NCBI GenBank assembly: GCA_965113315.1
Contig: OZ220374.1
Strand: one strand, 5' to 3'
Origin: Podarcis vaucheri
Taxonomy: Eukaryota
Length of the DNA stretch: 64,000 nucleotides
A program made the position numbers and the translations under genes. Of this stretch, positions 1 through 12,229 are shown in pieces (the first letter of the stretch is position 1; each line of letters opens with the position of its first letter). A model generated the notes under the pieces. That model was not told the DNA's origin. It was given only the letters and a program-made list of their open reading frames with translations, and made no database searches.

Positions 1-489
1 CCTTGCCAACAAAAGACTGTATAGTTAAAGCTATGGTTTTCCCAGTAGTGATGTATGGAAGTGAGAGCTGGACCATAAAGAAGGCTGATCGCCGAAGAAT
101 TAATGCTTTTGAATTATGGTGCTGGAGGAGACTCTTGAGAGTCCCATGGACTGCAAGAAGATCAAACCTATCCATTCTTAAGGAAATTAGCCCTGAGTGT
201 TCACTGGAAGGACAGAACCTGAAGCTGAGGCTCCAATACTTTGGCCACCGCATGAGAAGAGAAGACTCCCTGGAAAAGACCCTGATGTTGGGAAAGATGG
301 AGGGCACAAGGAGAAGGGGACGACAGAGGACGAGATGGTTGGACACTGTTCTCGAAGCTACCAGCATGAGTTTGACCAAACTGCAGGAGGCAGTGGAAGA
401 CAGGAGTGCCTGGCGTGCTCTGGTCCATGGGGTCACAAAGAGTCAGACACGACTAAACGATTAAATGACTAACCGACTAAACAACAACA
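1..489 (+). mobile_element. BovB (RTE-clade LINE) 3' fragment, cut by the window edge
   Basis: ORF 3-464 matches the BovB RT C-terminus (VFPVVMYGSESWTIKKA...AFELWCWRRLLRVPWTARRSN...VHGVTKS); short CAA tail. Confidence 0.95.
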
Positions 490-705
490 TACATCGAATG
501 CAACCTAGCATTAATTATTTGCATGACTGGTGACTAGTCAGTGGCTATGCTCAATGTTTTGTCTTCAGAGTTTATGGAAGGTTGATGCACTTCTCTATCT
601 TGGCACATGAGTTTGCAAAAGCGGGTCAGTCAAAATTTTAGCTTGTGTTATTAATTAATTAACAAGAAACTCTGGAAACTGCAGTTCTGGAAGTAAGGAT
701 GGAAT

Positions 706-706
<1 letters not shown>

Positions 707-738
<32 letters not shown>
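707..738. repeat. (GT)16 microsatellite
   Basis: Direct reading. Confidence 0.95.
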
Positions 739-740
<2 letters not shown>

Positions 741-1207
741 CTGATAATTCTTTGCATACACATTAAACTACTGTTCCCAGGAATCTTTGCAGAGCACCAT
801 CACAGTTAAACTGGTATAGAGGCCATTATCAGGAGGCGTTTTGCTGATCATTTCCTTGGGAAAATGTATGTGCACAGACATGAAGGCAATTTAAACTATT
901 ATGTTCAATCCATTCCTGACACAGAAAGACATCTTTCCTATAGAAAGCATATGCATTTTAAGAGTAGAAATGTAACCATTGGAACAGTTGCTCCATGGCT
1001 GTTTATGTGGCTAGGATTGCACCATAAATCTTCAGTTAAATTATTGCAACAGTGCCTTCTTTCTGATTTTGTTAGTTCATTTCTGTAGCCCCACTGTGTC
1101 TTCTTTTCACAAGAATTCATTATTCATGCTCATGTAAGATGCCCTGCACAAACATCTCTTTTTGACAGTTATAAAGGTACAGTCTACCAACCAAGAACGA
1201 AGCTTCC

Positions 1208-2148
1208 AATAATAATAATAATTTATTATTTATACCCTGCACTCTGGGTGGCTTCCAACAGAATATTAAAATACAATAGTCTATTAAACATTAAAAGCTT
1301 CCCTAAACAGGGCTGCCTTCAGATGTCTTCTAAAAGCCTGGTAGTTGTTTTTCTCTTTGACATCTGATGGGAGGGCGTTCCACAGGGCAGGTGCCACTAC
1401 TGAGAAGGCCCTCTGCCTGGTTCCCTGTAACTTGGCTTCTCGCAGTGAGGGAACTGCCAGAAGGCCCTTAGCACTGGACCTCAGTGTCCGAGCAGAACGA
1501 TAGGTGTGGAGACGCTCCTTCTGGTATACTGGACCGAGGCCATTTAGGGCTTTAAAGGTCAGCACCAACATTTTGAATTGCGCTCGGAAACGTACTGGGA
1601 GCCAGTGTAGGTCTTTCAAGACTGGTGTTATGTGGTCTTGGTGGCCGCTCCTAGTCACCAGTCTAGCTGTCGCATTCTGGATTAGTTGTAGTTTCCGGGT
1701 CAACTTCAAAGGTAGCCCCACGTAGAACGCATTGCAGTAGCCCAAGCAGGAGAGAACTAGAGCATGCACCACTCTGGCAAGACAGTCCGCGGGCAGGTAG
1801 GGTCTTAGCCTGCGTACCAGGTGGAGCTGGTAGACAGCCACCCTGGACACAGAATTGACCTGCGCCTCCATGGACAGCTGTGAGTCCAGAATGACTCCTA
1901 GGCTGTGCACCTGGTCCTTCAGGGGCACAGTTACCCCATTCAGGACCAGGGGGTCCTCCACACCTGCCCACCTCCTGTCCCCCAAAAACAGTACTTCTGC
2001 CTTGTCAGGATTCAACCTCAATCTGTTAGCCGCCATCCATCCTCCAACCGCCTCATGACACTCACACAGGACCGTCACCGCCTTCACTGGTTCTGATTTG
2101 AAAGAGAGGTAGAGCTGGGTATCATCCGCATACTGATGAACACCCAGC
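1208..2148 (-). mobile_element. L2-clade LINE 3' fragment
   Basis: ORF 1284-2087(-) has L2/CR1-group RT C-terminal motifs (LRLNPDK, LGVILD, HITPVLKDLHWLPV, RAFSVVAPALWNALP); (TTA)n-type tail at the left end. Confidence 0.9.
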
Positions 2149-2602
2149 TACCAAGAGCTTCAGAAATTATCTAGGTAACAAATGAGCATGTCCTGATGAG
2201 TATGTTCTACAGCAGGGATGATAAACCTATGGGCCACATTTGCACCTACCAAATGTGCCTGTCCTGATGAGGACACTCTGTAAAGAGAGATGGTGAATCT
2301 CTGACCCTCCAGATGTTGTTGTACTACAGCACCCAGCCCTTCATCCTGCCAGCTGAAGATGAGTCAACAACCTCTGGAGGTACAGAGGTTTCCCATCTGC
2401 GTGGTATAGGAAGCCATGACCAATTGTTTATTCCTGTGCCATGGAGTTGCAGGAAACACTTATTTCCAAACACAAATAGCAGGGCAAAGAACTGCAAAAA
2501 GTATTTCGGGAGTCCTAAGGAGGTTGAGATTTGGCTTCCATCAGCAGCCCTTTGTGCAACATGGCAAACTGCTCTTGAAACTTTGTCAGTTCTTTCTCTT
2601 GC

Positions 2603-2831
2603 GGCATGACTAAGCCACTTCTGGCGAACCAGAGCAGCGCACGGAAACGCTGTTTACCTTCCCGCTGGAGTGGTACCTATTTATCTACTTGAACTTTGAC
2701 GTGCTTTCGAACTGCTACGTTGGCAGGAGCAGGAACCGAGCAACGGGAGCTCACCCTGTCGCGGGGATTTGAACTGCTGACCTTCTGATTGGCAAGTCCT
2801 AGGCTCTGTGGTTTAACCCACAGTGCCACCC
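2603..2831 (-). mobile_element. Sauria SINE, partial
   Basis: Reverse complement of the tRNA-like head and body seen in the copies at 16255 and 25285. Confidence 0.85.
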
Positions 2832-3333
2832 CTTACCTGATGTCATACAGGTAAGGAAAAAGCTTGACCAGAAGGGCACAGCTTGCCCAAAGCCACTATG
2901 TGCCGCTCCCAACAACCAGCCGAGCCTTTGGGGACCCTGCGCTAAGCACATTTGCTCTCCCTGAAGGACTTTAAACTTTCAAATTTCAGTGGTGCCCTGT
3001 ACAATGCCAAAATTCAGTGCTCCCTGCCTCTCACCTTCTGTTCCAAGTTATTGTTGTGCCCCCCTTCCAGCTCGGTGCTCATTGTGGGCAAACTGGTTGT
3101 GATCCCTTATATTCACCTCTGGGAGATGGATGCTGCTGAGGTCTTGGGCAGCAACACAGAGGAGGAGTTAAGAAACAGGGGGAAATGGAGTAAGCAAAAA
3201 AGGGTGACGCGGCAAACACGTTACAAGTCATGTAAGCAATTAAAAAAACCACTTTTTGCATCACCATCGATTACTTGATTTTAGTTCCAGAAAAACAACT
3301 TGCATGTATCACCTAGTCACAGTAGAAATATTG

Positions 3334-3424
3334 TGTGGTTCCTACCCAAAAAATGAAGGAAGGAGCAAACCACAAGGCAAAGTTTGAGATGGTGTGTGGT
3401 TAAGCCCTCCGTCCTTCAACCACA
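3334..3424. promoter_or_regulatory. Candidate leukocyte enhancer/promoter: four RUNX sites plus an ETS core
   Basis: TGTGGTT 3334-3340, AACCACA 3368-3374, TGTGGTT 3395-3401, AACCACA 3418-3424; AGGAAG near 3357; about 1.4 kb upstream of the CCR coding exon. Confidence 0.45.
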
Positions 3425-3831
3425 TTCAAGCTTGAAAAATGTAACTATAGCTCCTCCAAATGGCAGAAAAGTAGTTGCAATGTAGACTCTTCCGTTTCTA
3501 CACGGCTGACTACTAAAGAAATCCTCAGTGAAATTTTGCCCAGTGACATACTGTACACATTTACTAACACTCTTTGTCAGGGAGTGGAGTGAGAGGAGAC
3601 AACACTTCACAAGATAACCATTTCATGTTGATTTTTCTGAGCTTTGTTACAGCTACTGGGCACCCAACAGTTTCTTCATGTTTTGTTAAGATACATTTCT
3701 GGGCTGTACAAAATTTTGGTCAACATCCAAGGGTGATTTCATATGGCCATCTTTTTTGGGTGACTTTAATGAAAATGAAACTACTATATACTAACAATGA
3801 TGAAGATGCTTTTATTCGGCCTCTTTCATTT

Positions 3832-4237
3832 CGTTTTGTTTTTTTTAAAAGATATTTATTGAAAGAATTTTTGAATATAATAAAAAATAAAAAATAAACA
3901 TACAAAATAATAAGCAGTTAAAAACAAACATTAATTTTCAATAGCATAACTTCCATACCCTTATTTCCTCCGACCTCCTCATACTTCCCTTCTTTGTATT
4001 CCATTTCAGTTTGTTAGTTCAGCAAATCCTTACCATTAAACTTTTACCCATTTAAAATCCTTTTTTCATATCTCCTAAAGCATTACAGCTGGAAACCGCT
4101 TAGTTTCTATCCAACATCTTTCTAACATTCATTCATTTTACAATATTTCTTTAAATAGTCTTTAAATTTCTTCCAGTCTTCTTTCACCGACTCTTCTCCC
4201 TGGTCTCGGATTCTGCCAGTCATCTCAGCCAATTCCA
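3832..4237 (-). mobile_element. 5'-truncated L1-like LINE with a 16-bp TSD
   Basis: TSD TCGGCCTCTTTCATTT at 3816-3831 and 4238-4253; minus strand reads MELAEMTGRIRDQGEESVKEDWKKFKDYL (L1 ORF2-like C-terminus), then AATAAA and an A-rich tail. Confidence 0.8.
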
Positions 4238-4807
4238 TCGGCCTCTTTCATTTTGGATACGGTATGACACTTTTTTCAACAGAGGATGCTCATTTGTTAA
4301 ACTATAAGTGATCGATGTAGAGTGATGCGATGGGTTTCCAAGGTTTACATTAGACTACCTGTAATTTCTCTCTCACTTCATGATTGTAATTATGTACAAA
4401 ATATACGTACCGTACAATGTGGGATTCAGAACGTGCTGGAACAGTGCTGGGTTACCAAGCAAACTATAATGGAAAGAATGGCATTTTGGCAATAGGCTCA
4501 CTGATTATAATCACTCCTATGCAACTGCCTCTGCACAGATACACAATGTTGTTATTATTGAGTTGCATAATTGCATATCTGCAGATTGGTGAAGTCCCAG
4601 CAGTTGCTGATCTTTAATAAGCGTGTGCCCAAACATGAAAACATCTGCATGAACAAAATCTATTGTTTTCTGCATTTTGATTTCTCCCCTCCTGTGTTTA
4701 AAGTTCAGTATATTCTCCTATGTGCGGAAACCAGCATGTTATGATTACTGTGCATGCAGTGTGGATGCGTAAATATAAATATATCTTCTACAATTGCAGG
4801 GAACAAG

Positions 4808-5887
4808 ATGCCTACTGCTACGAGCACAGCAGACTACGACAAAGATGTAACAACCACAGAATACGTTTATGACGAAACAGCAGAACCATGCCCAAGTGCC
4901 AGTGTTAATGAATTTGCTTCCCAGTTCCTGCCACCGCTTTACTCTTTGGTGCTCATATTTGGCTTGCTGGGCAACTCACTGGTGGTGCTGATCCTCATCA
5001 GATACAAGAAGCTCAAGAGCATGACTGATATCTACCTGCTCAATTTAGCCATCTCGGACCTGCTTTTCATCTTCACACTCCCATTTTGGGCTTATTATGC
5101 AGCGCACGAGTGGGTATTTGGAGATGCAATGTGCAAAATTCTCTCTGGGATCTATTACGTAGGCTTCTACAGCGGAAGTTTTTTCATAATCCTTTTGACC
5201 ATCGATCGATATCTAGCCATCGTCCATGCTGTGTTTGCATTAAAAGCCCGGACAGTTACCTATGGCATCCTCACAAGCGTTGTCATGTGGGGCGTGGCAC
5301 TCCTAGCCTCTGTGCCGGTAATGGTCTTTAACAGATTACAAAAGGAAGACAATCGTTCAGTGTGCACTCCTCATTTTTCTTATGAAAATCAGATTGTCTG
5401 GAACCAGTTCTTTACACTGAAAATGAACCTTATAGGGCTAATCTTCCCAATGATCGTCATGACCTTCTGCTATGCACAGATCATAAACACTCTAATGAAA
5501 TGCAGGAATGACAAGAAGAGCAAAGCGGTCCGGCTGATTTTTATCATCATGATAGTTTACTTCATTTTTTGGGCCCCATACAACATTGTTCTTCTGCTAC
5601 AGACATTCCGAGATGCATTTGATCTCAGCAATTGTGCCTCCATTAGTAATTTGGCTATAGCAGCGCAAGCGACAGAAACAATAGCAATGGCTCACTGCTG
5701 CATCAATCCTGTGATCTACGCTTTTGCTGGCGAGAAGTTCAGAAAATATGTTTGCAGCCTTTTCCGAAAGCATGTGGCTCTCCACCTTCCAAAAACATGC
5801 CTCTCTCTGTATACAGAGCCCCTGGAACGTGCCAGTTCCACATACTCCCAGTCTACTGGGGAGCATGACATGTCGGCGGTGTTGTAG
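4808..5887 (+). CDS. CCR5: C-C chemokine receptor, CCR5/CCR2-like (359 aa)
   Basis: 7TM protein with [53 protein letters not shown]; C-tail [22 protein letters not shown] resembles CCR5. ATG follows the acceptor ttgcag|GGAACAAGATG, so the ORF-track start at 4754 is intronic. CCR5 versus CCR2 orthology is uncertain. Confidence 0.85.
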   Translation: MPTATSTADYDKDVTTTEYVYDETAEPCPSASVNEFASQFLPPLYSLVLIFGLLGNSLVVLILIRYKKLKSMTDIYLLNLAISDLLFIFTLPFWAYYAAHEWVFGDAMCKILSGIYYVGFYSGSFFIILLTIDRYLAIVHAVFALKARTVTYGILTSVVMWGVALLASVPVMVFNRLQKEDNRSVCTPHFSYENQIVWNQFFTLKMNLIGLIFPMIVMTFCYAQIINTLMKCRNDKKSKAVRLIFIIMIVYFIFWAPYNIVLLLQTFRDAFDLSNCASISNLAIAAQATETIAMAHCCINPVIYAFAGEKFRKYVCSLFRKHVALHLPKTCLSLYTEPLERASSTYSQSTGEHDMSAVL

Positions 5888-6491
5888 TGGCTTTCCAGAG
5901 AGAAAAAGTAAAACTTACTTCTGCCGGTGCAACTTACCAGATCCATTTGAGCTTCGCAGTCTAAACTCAGTTTAAAAGGGCTGAGTTGCTTCCGACAAAA
6001 GCTGCTTTTATGGCAAGAGAGACGATCTGGGTCAGATGTATACTGTAACTGCTTGGCTTACATCAGCTCACAAGCTGAGTGATAAACAAATGTTACATGC
6101 AAGGACACCGGAGATATTATGAACATCACCAGGGGTTTAATATCAAGCACATCTTATACGCTGCTCTCTTGTTGCCTTTGAAATGCATGTGTGTCTTTTT
6201 TAATGCAAATGTATGCCAAATCTAATCTTATACGAATGTCTGCACAAATTAGCATGCTATAGTTCCTTGCACAAGTGAGCCTATTGCTCTGTCCTTAAGG
6301 ACACTGAACACCCTGCTCCCACACCCAGTTTGTTTTCTGCAAGGTCATGCATTAACAGACAAAAACCATGTCTTCATTTCACCACCTGCAGCTAGAATGT
6401 GGGAAGGGAGCAATGGCTATCTAGCGCCTTCCTGCTTAACATGATCATCCACTTTCCGGTCCCCGACAGATCAAACTATGCATCTAAACTA

Positions 6492-7364
6492 CCGTATTTT
6501 TCGGACTATTGGACGCACCGGTCCATAGGACGCACCTAGATTTGGGGGGGGAAATAAAGGCAAAAAAAATTTATCCCCCTCCCGCCAGGCGCGGGGCTGG
6601 GGCGGGGAAGCCCGAGCTTCCCCCTCCCCCAGAACGGGACCCAGAGCCATGCCGAAGCTGCGCGCAGCTTTGGCATCGCTCTGGGAACTTGCGGGGCTGG
6701 GGGAGGAGGAAGCCCTCCGCCAGCCTCCAAACCATGTCGGGAGACAGCGGGATGGCGCGCTGCGCCTCTCCCGCTGTCCCCCGAGTTTGCGGGGCTGGCG
6801 ATGGGGAGGAGCAGGCTTCTCCCCCCGCCAGTCTTCTAGACAAGTCGGGGGACAGCGGCAAAGGCGCGCTGCGCCTCTCCCGCTGTCCCCCGAGCTTGTG
6901 GGGCTGGCGGTGGGGCTCTCCTGAAGCCTGGAGGCTCCCCCCCCCAGCCTCCAGATCAGGTCGGGGAATAGCGGGATGGCGGAGCGCCGCCATCCCGCTT
7001 TTCCCCGACCTGATCTGGAGGTTGTGGGGATGGTGGGGGGGAGAAGCAGGCTTGCTTCTCCCCCCGCCAGCCTCCAGATCAGGTCAGGGAATAGCGGGGT
7101 GGCGGCTCTGCGCCTCCCCGCTGTCCCCAGCTTTTGGGTGCAGGCTGCTGCCCGCAAGCCTTGCGAGCCCGCGGGACATCCCGCCGGGCTTGCAAGACTT
7201 GAGATAGCTTCCTGAAGCCTGGAGAGCGAGAGGGGTCGGTGCGCACAGACCCCTCTCGCTCTCCAGGCTTCAGCAAAAGCCTGCATTCGCACCATAGGAC
7301 GCACACACATTTCCCCTTCATTTTTGGAGGGGAAAAAGTGCGTCCTATAGTGCGAAAAATACGG
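6492..7364. mobile_element. Non-autonomous Tc1/mariner (Tc2/pogo-like) element with a GC-rich internal minisatellite
   Basis: TIRs CCGTATTTTTCG...CGAAAAATACGG, TA TSD on both sides; internal palindromic units GGGGACAGCGG...CCGCTGTCCCC. Confidence 0.85.
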
Positions 7365-7649
7365 TATGTTGCATCTGAAGCAAAGGGAAGGTAGGTGCAC
7401 CAGGAAAGCTGGTTGCAGAGTAAATAGCAGTGCAATTTCCTTCTTAGTTCCAACCATGGCAAACTGAGCCATTGGAATGCAGACAACCTACCCGCCAACT
7501 CTGCCCAAGGAAATTATACTGGGTGCAAGATCATTGCACTTAATGTCTGGTCTAATGTTGGTTCGAGGCCTTATACTGTTATGATGTCACAAGCCTGATT
7601 GGCAGTAGTTTTCCTTGACAGCTTCTGTGAAGAGAGAGAGGGGAATGTA

Positions 7650-7899
7650 CAGTTGTACCTTGGTTTTTGAATAGCTTAGTTCTCAAATGTTTTGGCTCCC
7701 GAACGCTGCAAATTCGGAAGTGAGTGTTTCGGTTTATGAACTGTTTTTGGAAGCCAAACTTCCGATGGGGCTTCCGCCTCTTCTGATTGGCTGCAGGAGC
7801 TTCCTGCAGCTGATCAGAAGCCACGCTTTGGTTTTTAAACGTTTTGGAAGTCGAATGGACTCCCGGAACGGATTCTGTTCGACTTCCAAGGTACAACTG
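7650..7899. mobile_element. Tigger/pogo-like MITE (family A)
   Basis: TA|CAGTTGTACCTTGG...CCAAGGTACAACTG|TA; related inverted copy at 9935-10171. Confidence 0.85.
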
Positions 7900-7926
7900 T
7901 ATTAGGCTGGGCCTGGAACAGGTATA

Positions 7927-8152
7927 CAGTGGTACCTCAGGTTACATACACTTCAGGTTACAGTCTCCACTAACCCAGAAATAGTGCTTCAGGTTAAGAA
8001 CTTTGCTTCAGGATGGGAACAGAAATCGTGCTCCGGTGGCGTGGTGGCAGCAGGAGGCCCCATTAGCTAAAGTGGTGCTTCAGGTTAAGAACAGTTTCAG
8101 GTTAAGAACAGACCTTTGGAACGAATTAAGTACTTAACCCGAGGTACCACTG
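7927..8152. mobile_element. Tigger/pogo-like MITE (family B)
   Basis: TA|CAGTGGTACCTC...GAGGTACCACTG|TA; other copies at 34528, 36500 and 57213. Confidence 0.9.
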
Positions 8153-9206
8153 TATTCATTCAGATTGATCTGGGTTATAACACATTGACAGGCTGGAGTT
8201 CCTAGTCAGCTGAGAGTCAACTGTCAGGGAAAGGAAGTTAGATTTTTGCGGGAAAGTGAGTGGATCAGAAAGGTTTGAGGGGAAAGGTCCGAGAAAAAGG
8301 CTAATGAGAATAGCTAAAGTCTGGATACGAATGTCAGCTTGTTATTAATACCTGTCTGATGAAGATCAGGAGAAAGGAGTCAGCGGCGGAGGTGATCTGA
8401 AAAAGCTGCCTTGGGCAAAAGTCTTGCCAGAGGAAGGTTACACAAATGGGTTTTTTAAGTTGGCCTAATTGTCCAAGCAGCCAGAACTACAACCAAAAGA
8501 GCTTTGGGGTACAGAGGCAGACTGTCCCCCAACAGAGGCTGGATTGAGTTGTCAAGAGTATTTTGACTGGGGTGGAAGTTCAGGGAATTCGGCCTGAGAT
8601 AAAAGCTACTTAGAGGCTGGTGTCAGCAACGGGACTTTAAAGTCTTCAGAAACCATAAACGAGTACCTTTAAGACCCCAATGCAAATATCAGAATTCCCT
8701 TATGTACATAGTACCTTTTAATAAACCAACAAGCTTAAAGTTCTACCTATCTCTGGTGTTGGCATCCATCTCTTGCCTAAACTTATTATATCAGCTACCA
8801 GGCTTTGAAACTGGTGGCCGCGGAATATTAAAGAACAGCTATACAAATGCGGGTTTTGTTAAATGAGAAAGAGGGAACTGGTATCTCTGACACAAGCCAA
8901 TAAGGTGAGCGTAATAAATGGAGAACATAGTGCTGTTTATGAAGCTGAACTGCTTATTCAGCTGTGAAAAGTGGGATAAATGTTCACCTAAATGTGCTCA
9001 GGATTGACTTGTTATAAATCCAACAATAAAAGCTTGTTTTGTACTACAATATACACGTGTAGTCATTAAATTTTGCTTCCTCGTGTTTTGGAGTTCTGAA
9101 GATTATATGTTTTGCCTGTAGTTTAATGGGATGATGGCAACTAAACTGGATAATAGGAGAGTTTACTCCTTTATGCGACGGAAGCTCATATCAATATACA
9201 GTATAC

Positions 9207-9437
9207 CAGGGGTCAGCAAACTTTTTTAACAGGGGGCCAGTCCACTGTCCCTCAGACCTTGTGGGGAGCCAAACTATATTTTTTGGGGGGAAATAAATGA
9301 AGGAATTCCTATGCCCCACAAATAACCCAGAGATGCATTTTAAATAAAAGCACACATTCTACTCATGTAAAAACACACTGATTCCCAAACCGTCCGTGGG
9401 CTGGATCTGGCCCCCGGGCCTTAGTTTCCCTGCCCAT
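9207..9437. mobile_element. hAT-type MITE
   Basis: CAGGGGTCAGCAAAC terminus; closely similar copy at 15884-16113. Confidence 0.75.
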
Positions 9438-9934
9438 ACATAAAATCTGCCTCCAACTCCTATGGGGAAAATAATGAAGCGCAGTTGCTGTGACCCCCCC
9501 CCAATATTTCCCATTCACTACTTCAGCATCAAATTGTTGTATATTGAGGCCCTATATAATGTAGATTAAATCCTTCCTCTCCCAATAATGGTGTTTGCCA
9601 TCTTTTTATTTCCCCAACATGTTTTTCTGGAGTCACCTCTGTCACAGAGCTAGAAACTTAACCAAGACTGCATGGGGTGGTAGAAGTAAAAATGCAGGTC
9701 CCCAAACATACCCTGCTTATCGTATATTCCCAGAATATATAATATAGTCAGTACCTAATAGCTCTTTTCTTTTGTTTTCCTCAGGGACCAACACTCATTG
9801 TGTGGGAAATGGTTATTATTTATTAAATGTATATCCCGCCCTTCTTCCCAAAGGAGCCCAGGGAGGCAAACACCCAAACCAATTAAATCTCTGCAAACAA
9901 TTGCAATGCAGATGCAGACTGGGAAAGATCTCTA

Positions 9935-10171
9935 CAGTGGTACCTTAGTTCTCAAACTTAGTATGTTCTGGGAGTCCGTTTGACTCCTGAAACAGTTTGA
10001 AAACCAAGGTGCGGCTTCAATGGGCTGCAGGAGCTTCCTGCACTCAAGCGGAAGCTGCGTCAGATGTTCGGCTTCTGAAAAACGTTCACAAACCGGAGCA
10101 CATCTGGGTTTGTGGCGTTTGGGAGCGGATTTGTTTGGCAGCCAAGCAGTTCGAGTATCAAGGTAGCGCTG
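9935..10171. mobile_element. Tigger/pogo-like MITE (family A) inserted in an old L2-like remnant
   Basis: TA|CAGTGGTACCTT...AAGGTAGCGCTG|TA. Confidence 0.8.
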
Positions 10172-10409
10172 TACTTAAAAGTACTTTTGGAAAAGGAAGG
10201 TCTTCAGTAGGTGCCAAAGAGACAACAGAGACAGTGCCTGTCTAATATTTAAGGGGAGGGAATTCTGAATTGTGAAACAACCTTAAGGCCTGGATCTTAT
10301 AATGTGCAGAACAGTCCTCCCGATAAGATGGTATCTTCAGGAGACCCTCACCTGCAGTGATTGGTCAGGTGAGACAATCTTTTGGGTATCCTTGTCCCAA
10401 GCTGTATTG

Positions 10410-10539
10410 CAGGCATAGGCAAACTCGGCCCTCCAAATGTTTTGGGACAACTCCCATGATCCTTAGCTAACAGGACCAGTGAGGGATTATGGGAACTGTA
10501 GTCCCAAAACATCTGGCATGCCGAGTTTGCCTATGCCTG
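10410..10539. mobile_element. Short palindromic hAT MITE
   Basis: TIR CAGGCATAGGCAAACTCGGC / GCCGAGTTTGCCTATGCCTG. Confidence 0.85.
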
Positions 10540-11348
10540 CCGGAAGAAATATCAACAACCTCAGATATGCAGATGACACAACCTTGATGGCAGAAAGTGA
10601 AGAGGAATTAAAGAACCTTTTAATGAGGGTGAAAGAGGAGAGCGCAAAATATGGTCTGAAGCTCAACATCAAAAAAACGAAGATCATGGCCACTGGGCCC
10701 ATCACCTCCTGGCAAATAGATGGGGAAGAAATGGAGGCAGTGAGAGATTTTACTTTCTTGGGCTCCATGATCACTGCAGATGGTGACAGCAGTCACGAAA
10801 TTAAAAGACGCCTGCTCCTTGGGAGAAAGGCGATGGCAAACCTAGACAACATCTTAAAAAGCAGAGACATCACCTTGCCAACAAAGGTCCGTATAGTAAA
10901 AGCCATGGTTTTCCCAGTAGTGATGTATGGAAGTGAGAGCTGGACCATAAAGAAGGCTGATCGCCGAAGAATTGATGCTTTTGAATTATGGTGCTGGAGG
11001 AGACTCTTGAGAGTCCCATGGACTGCAAGAAGATCAAACCTCTCCATTCTGAAGGAAATCAGCCCTGAGTGCTCACTGGAAGGACAGATCGTGAAGCTGA
11101 GGCTCCAATACTTTGGCCACCTCATGAGAAGAGAGGACTCCCTGGAAAAGACCCTGATGTTGGGAAAGATGGAGGGCACAAGGAGAAGGGGACGACAGAG
11201 AATGAGATGGTTGGATGGTGTTCTTGAAGCTACTAGCATGAGTTTGATCAAACTGCGGGAGGCAGTGGAGGACAGAAGTGCCTGGCGTGCTCTGGTCCAT
11301 GGGGTCACGAAGAGTCGGACACGACTAAACGACTAAACAACAACAACA
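10540..11348 (+). mobile_element. BovB LINE, 5'-truncated, open RT frame
   Basis: GRNINNLRYADDTTL (RT YADD motif) through VTKSRTRLND*, (CAA)n tail; very similar to the copy at 1-489. Confidence 0.95.
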
Positions 11349-11586
11349 AATCAGTATGGATAACCCAACATGTTTATTTTCACTTCAGAACAGCAGAGCT
11401 GTTTTACTAAACTAAAGACAGCTTTGAGAACATCCTGTCAGGCCCGTGGCCCATACAGTCCAGCATGCTGGTCTTACTGTGGCCAACCAGATGCTTATGG
11501 GAAGTGTTGCAGGAAACCTCCCCCCCAAATCATTCAGTTTGTAGAAACTTGACACACTCACTCACACACGACATACGCGACACTTC

Positions 11587-12229
11587 TGTTATAAATTCAT
11601 AGAAAATCACCCATATATCGGATCTGCACTGTTCCACTTTTATTTTACCCCATGAAGGAAGGACTACAAAATGGGGAAGGTTTGATAGAGGGCAGCCATA
11701 ATCCCTCGAGCGTACCAACACCTACCCAGTTGGCACGCCAACCTTGATGGTCCCAGACAGAAGACCATCAGACTCACAAAGGACCTGCATATGGGAGTGG
11801 ATTCAGCACGGACTGAAACAAAGGACAATGATCAGCTCTCCCCTCTGGGGACAGGAAACTGCCAACTCCCCTTTGTCCTCTGGAATTTACTCATGGGGAG
11901 GGGGGAAGGTGGAACCGGCCAGGTGACAAGACACTCAGGTTACCTCCACAACTCCTCCCTCAACCCCTCCTCTTTGTGATGTGTCAATGATGTAGTCGTG
12001 ATGTTATGATTCAGTCTTGGGGGCGTAGCATGGGGGATTCGTAGCTAATAAAAGTTGGAGTCTTCTTTTGTTCGGGGCTTCCATTTTGTTTCACCTGGTG
12101 GCAGGTGGGAGTTCTGTCGCGACAGTCTTCAATAAAGACCAAGCCTACTGGCTGCTGTTTTGCTCTGGTATTCCTGGCTGGTATCCTTGTTTTTTTGTCC
12201 AAGGGAGCCCTCAGATTTCTCCGTTAACA
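11587..12229 (+). mobile_element. Probable solo LTR
   Basis: TGTTA...TAACA termini; TATA-like TAATAAAA near 12046; AATAAA at 12131 followed by a GT-rich U5-like stretch; no direct TSD. Confidence 0.55.

Noticed and set aside
2178-2290. Two CTGATGAG motifs as hammerhead ribozyme cores
   Set aside because: No correctly placed GAAA or pairing stems; looks like a degenerate local duplication
4754-4807. N-terminal extension of the CCR ORF
   Set aside because: Mostly upstream of the splice acceptor ending at 4799, so intronic or 5'UTR
6489-7498. Long overlapping ORFs (327 aa, 232 aa and others)
   Set aside because: By-products of the GC-rich minisatellite inside a TA-flanked MITE; no transposase or other domain
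8186-8892. Solo LTR
   Set aside because: TG...CA ends and AATAAA are present, but no TSD or second copy fixes the boundaries; left unclassified
10479-11336. 285-aa ORF as a novel gene
   Set aside because: Chimera of a MITE end and a truncated BovB RT; it starts at GTG and has no promoter evidence
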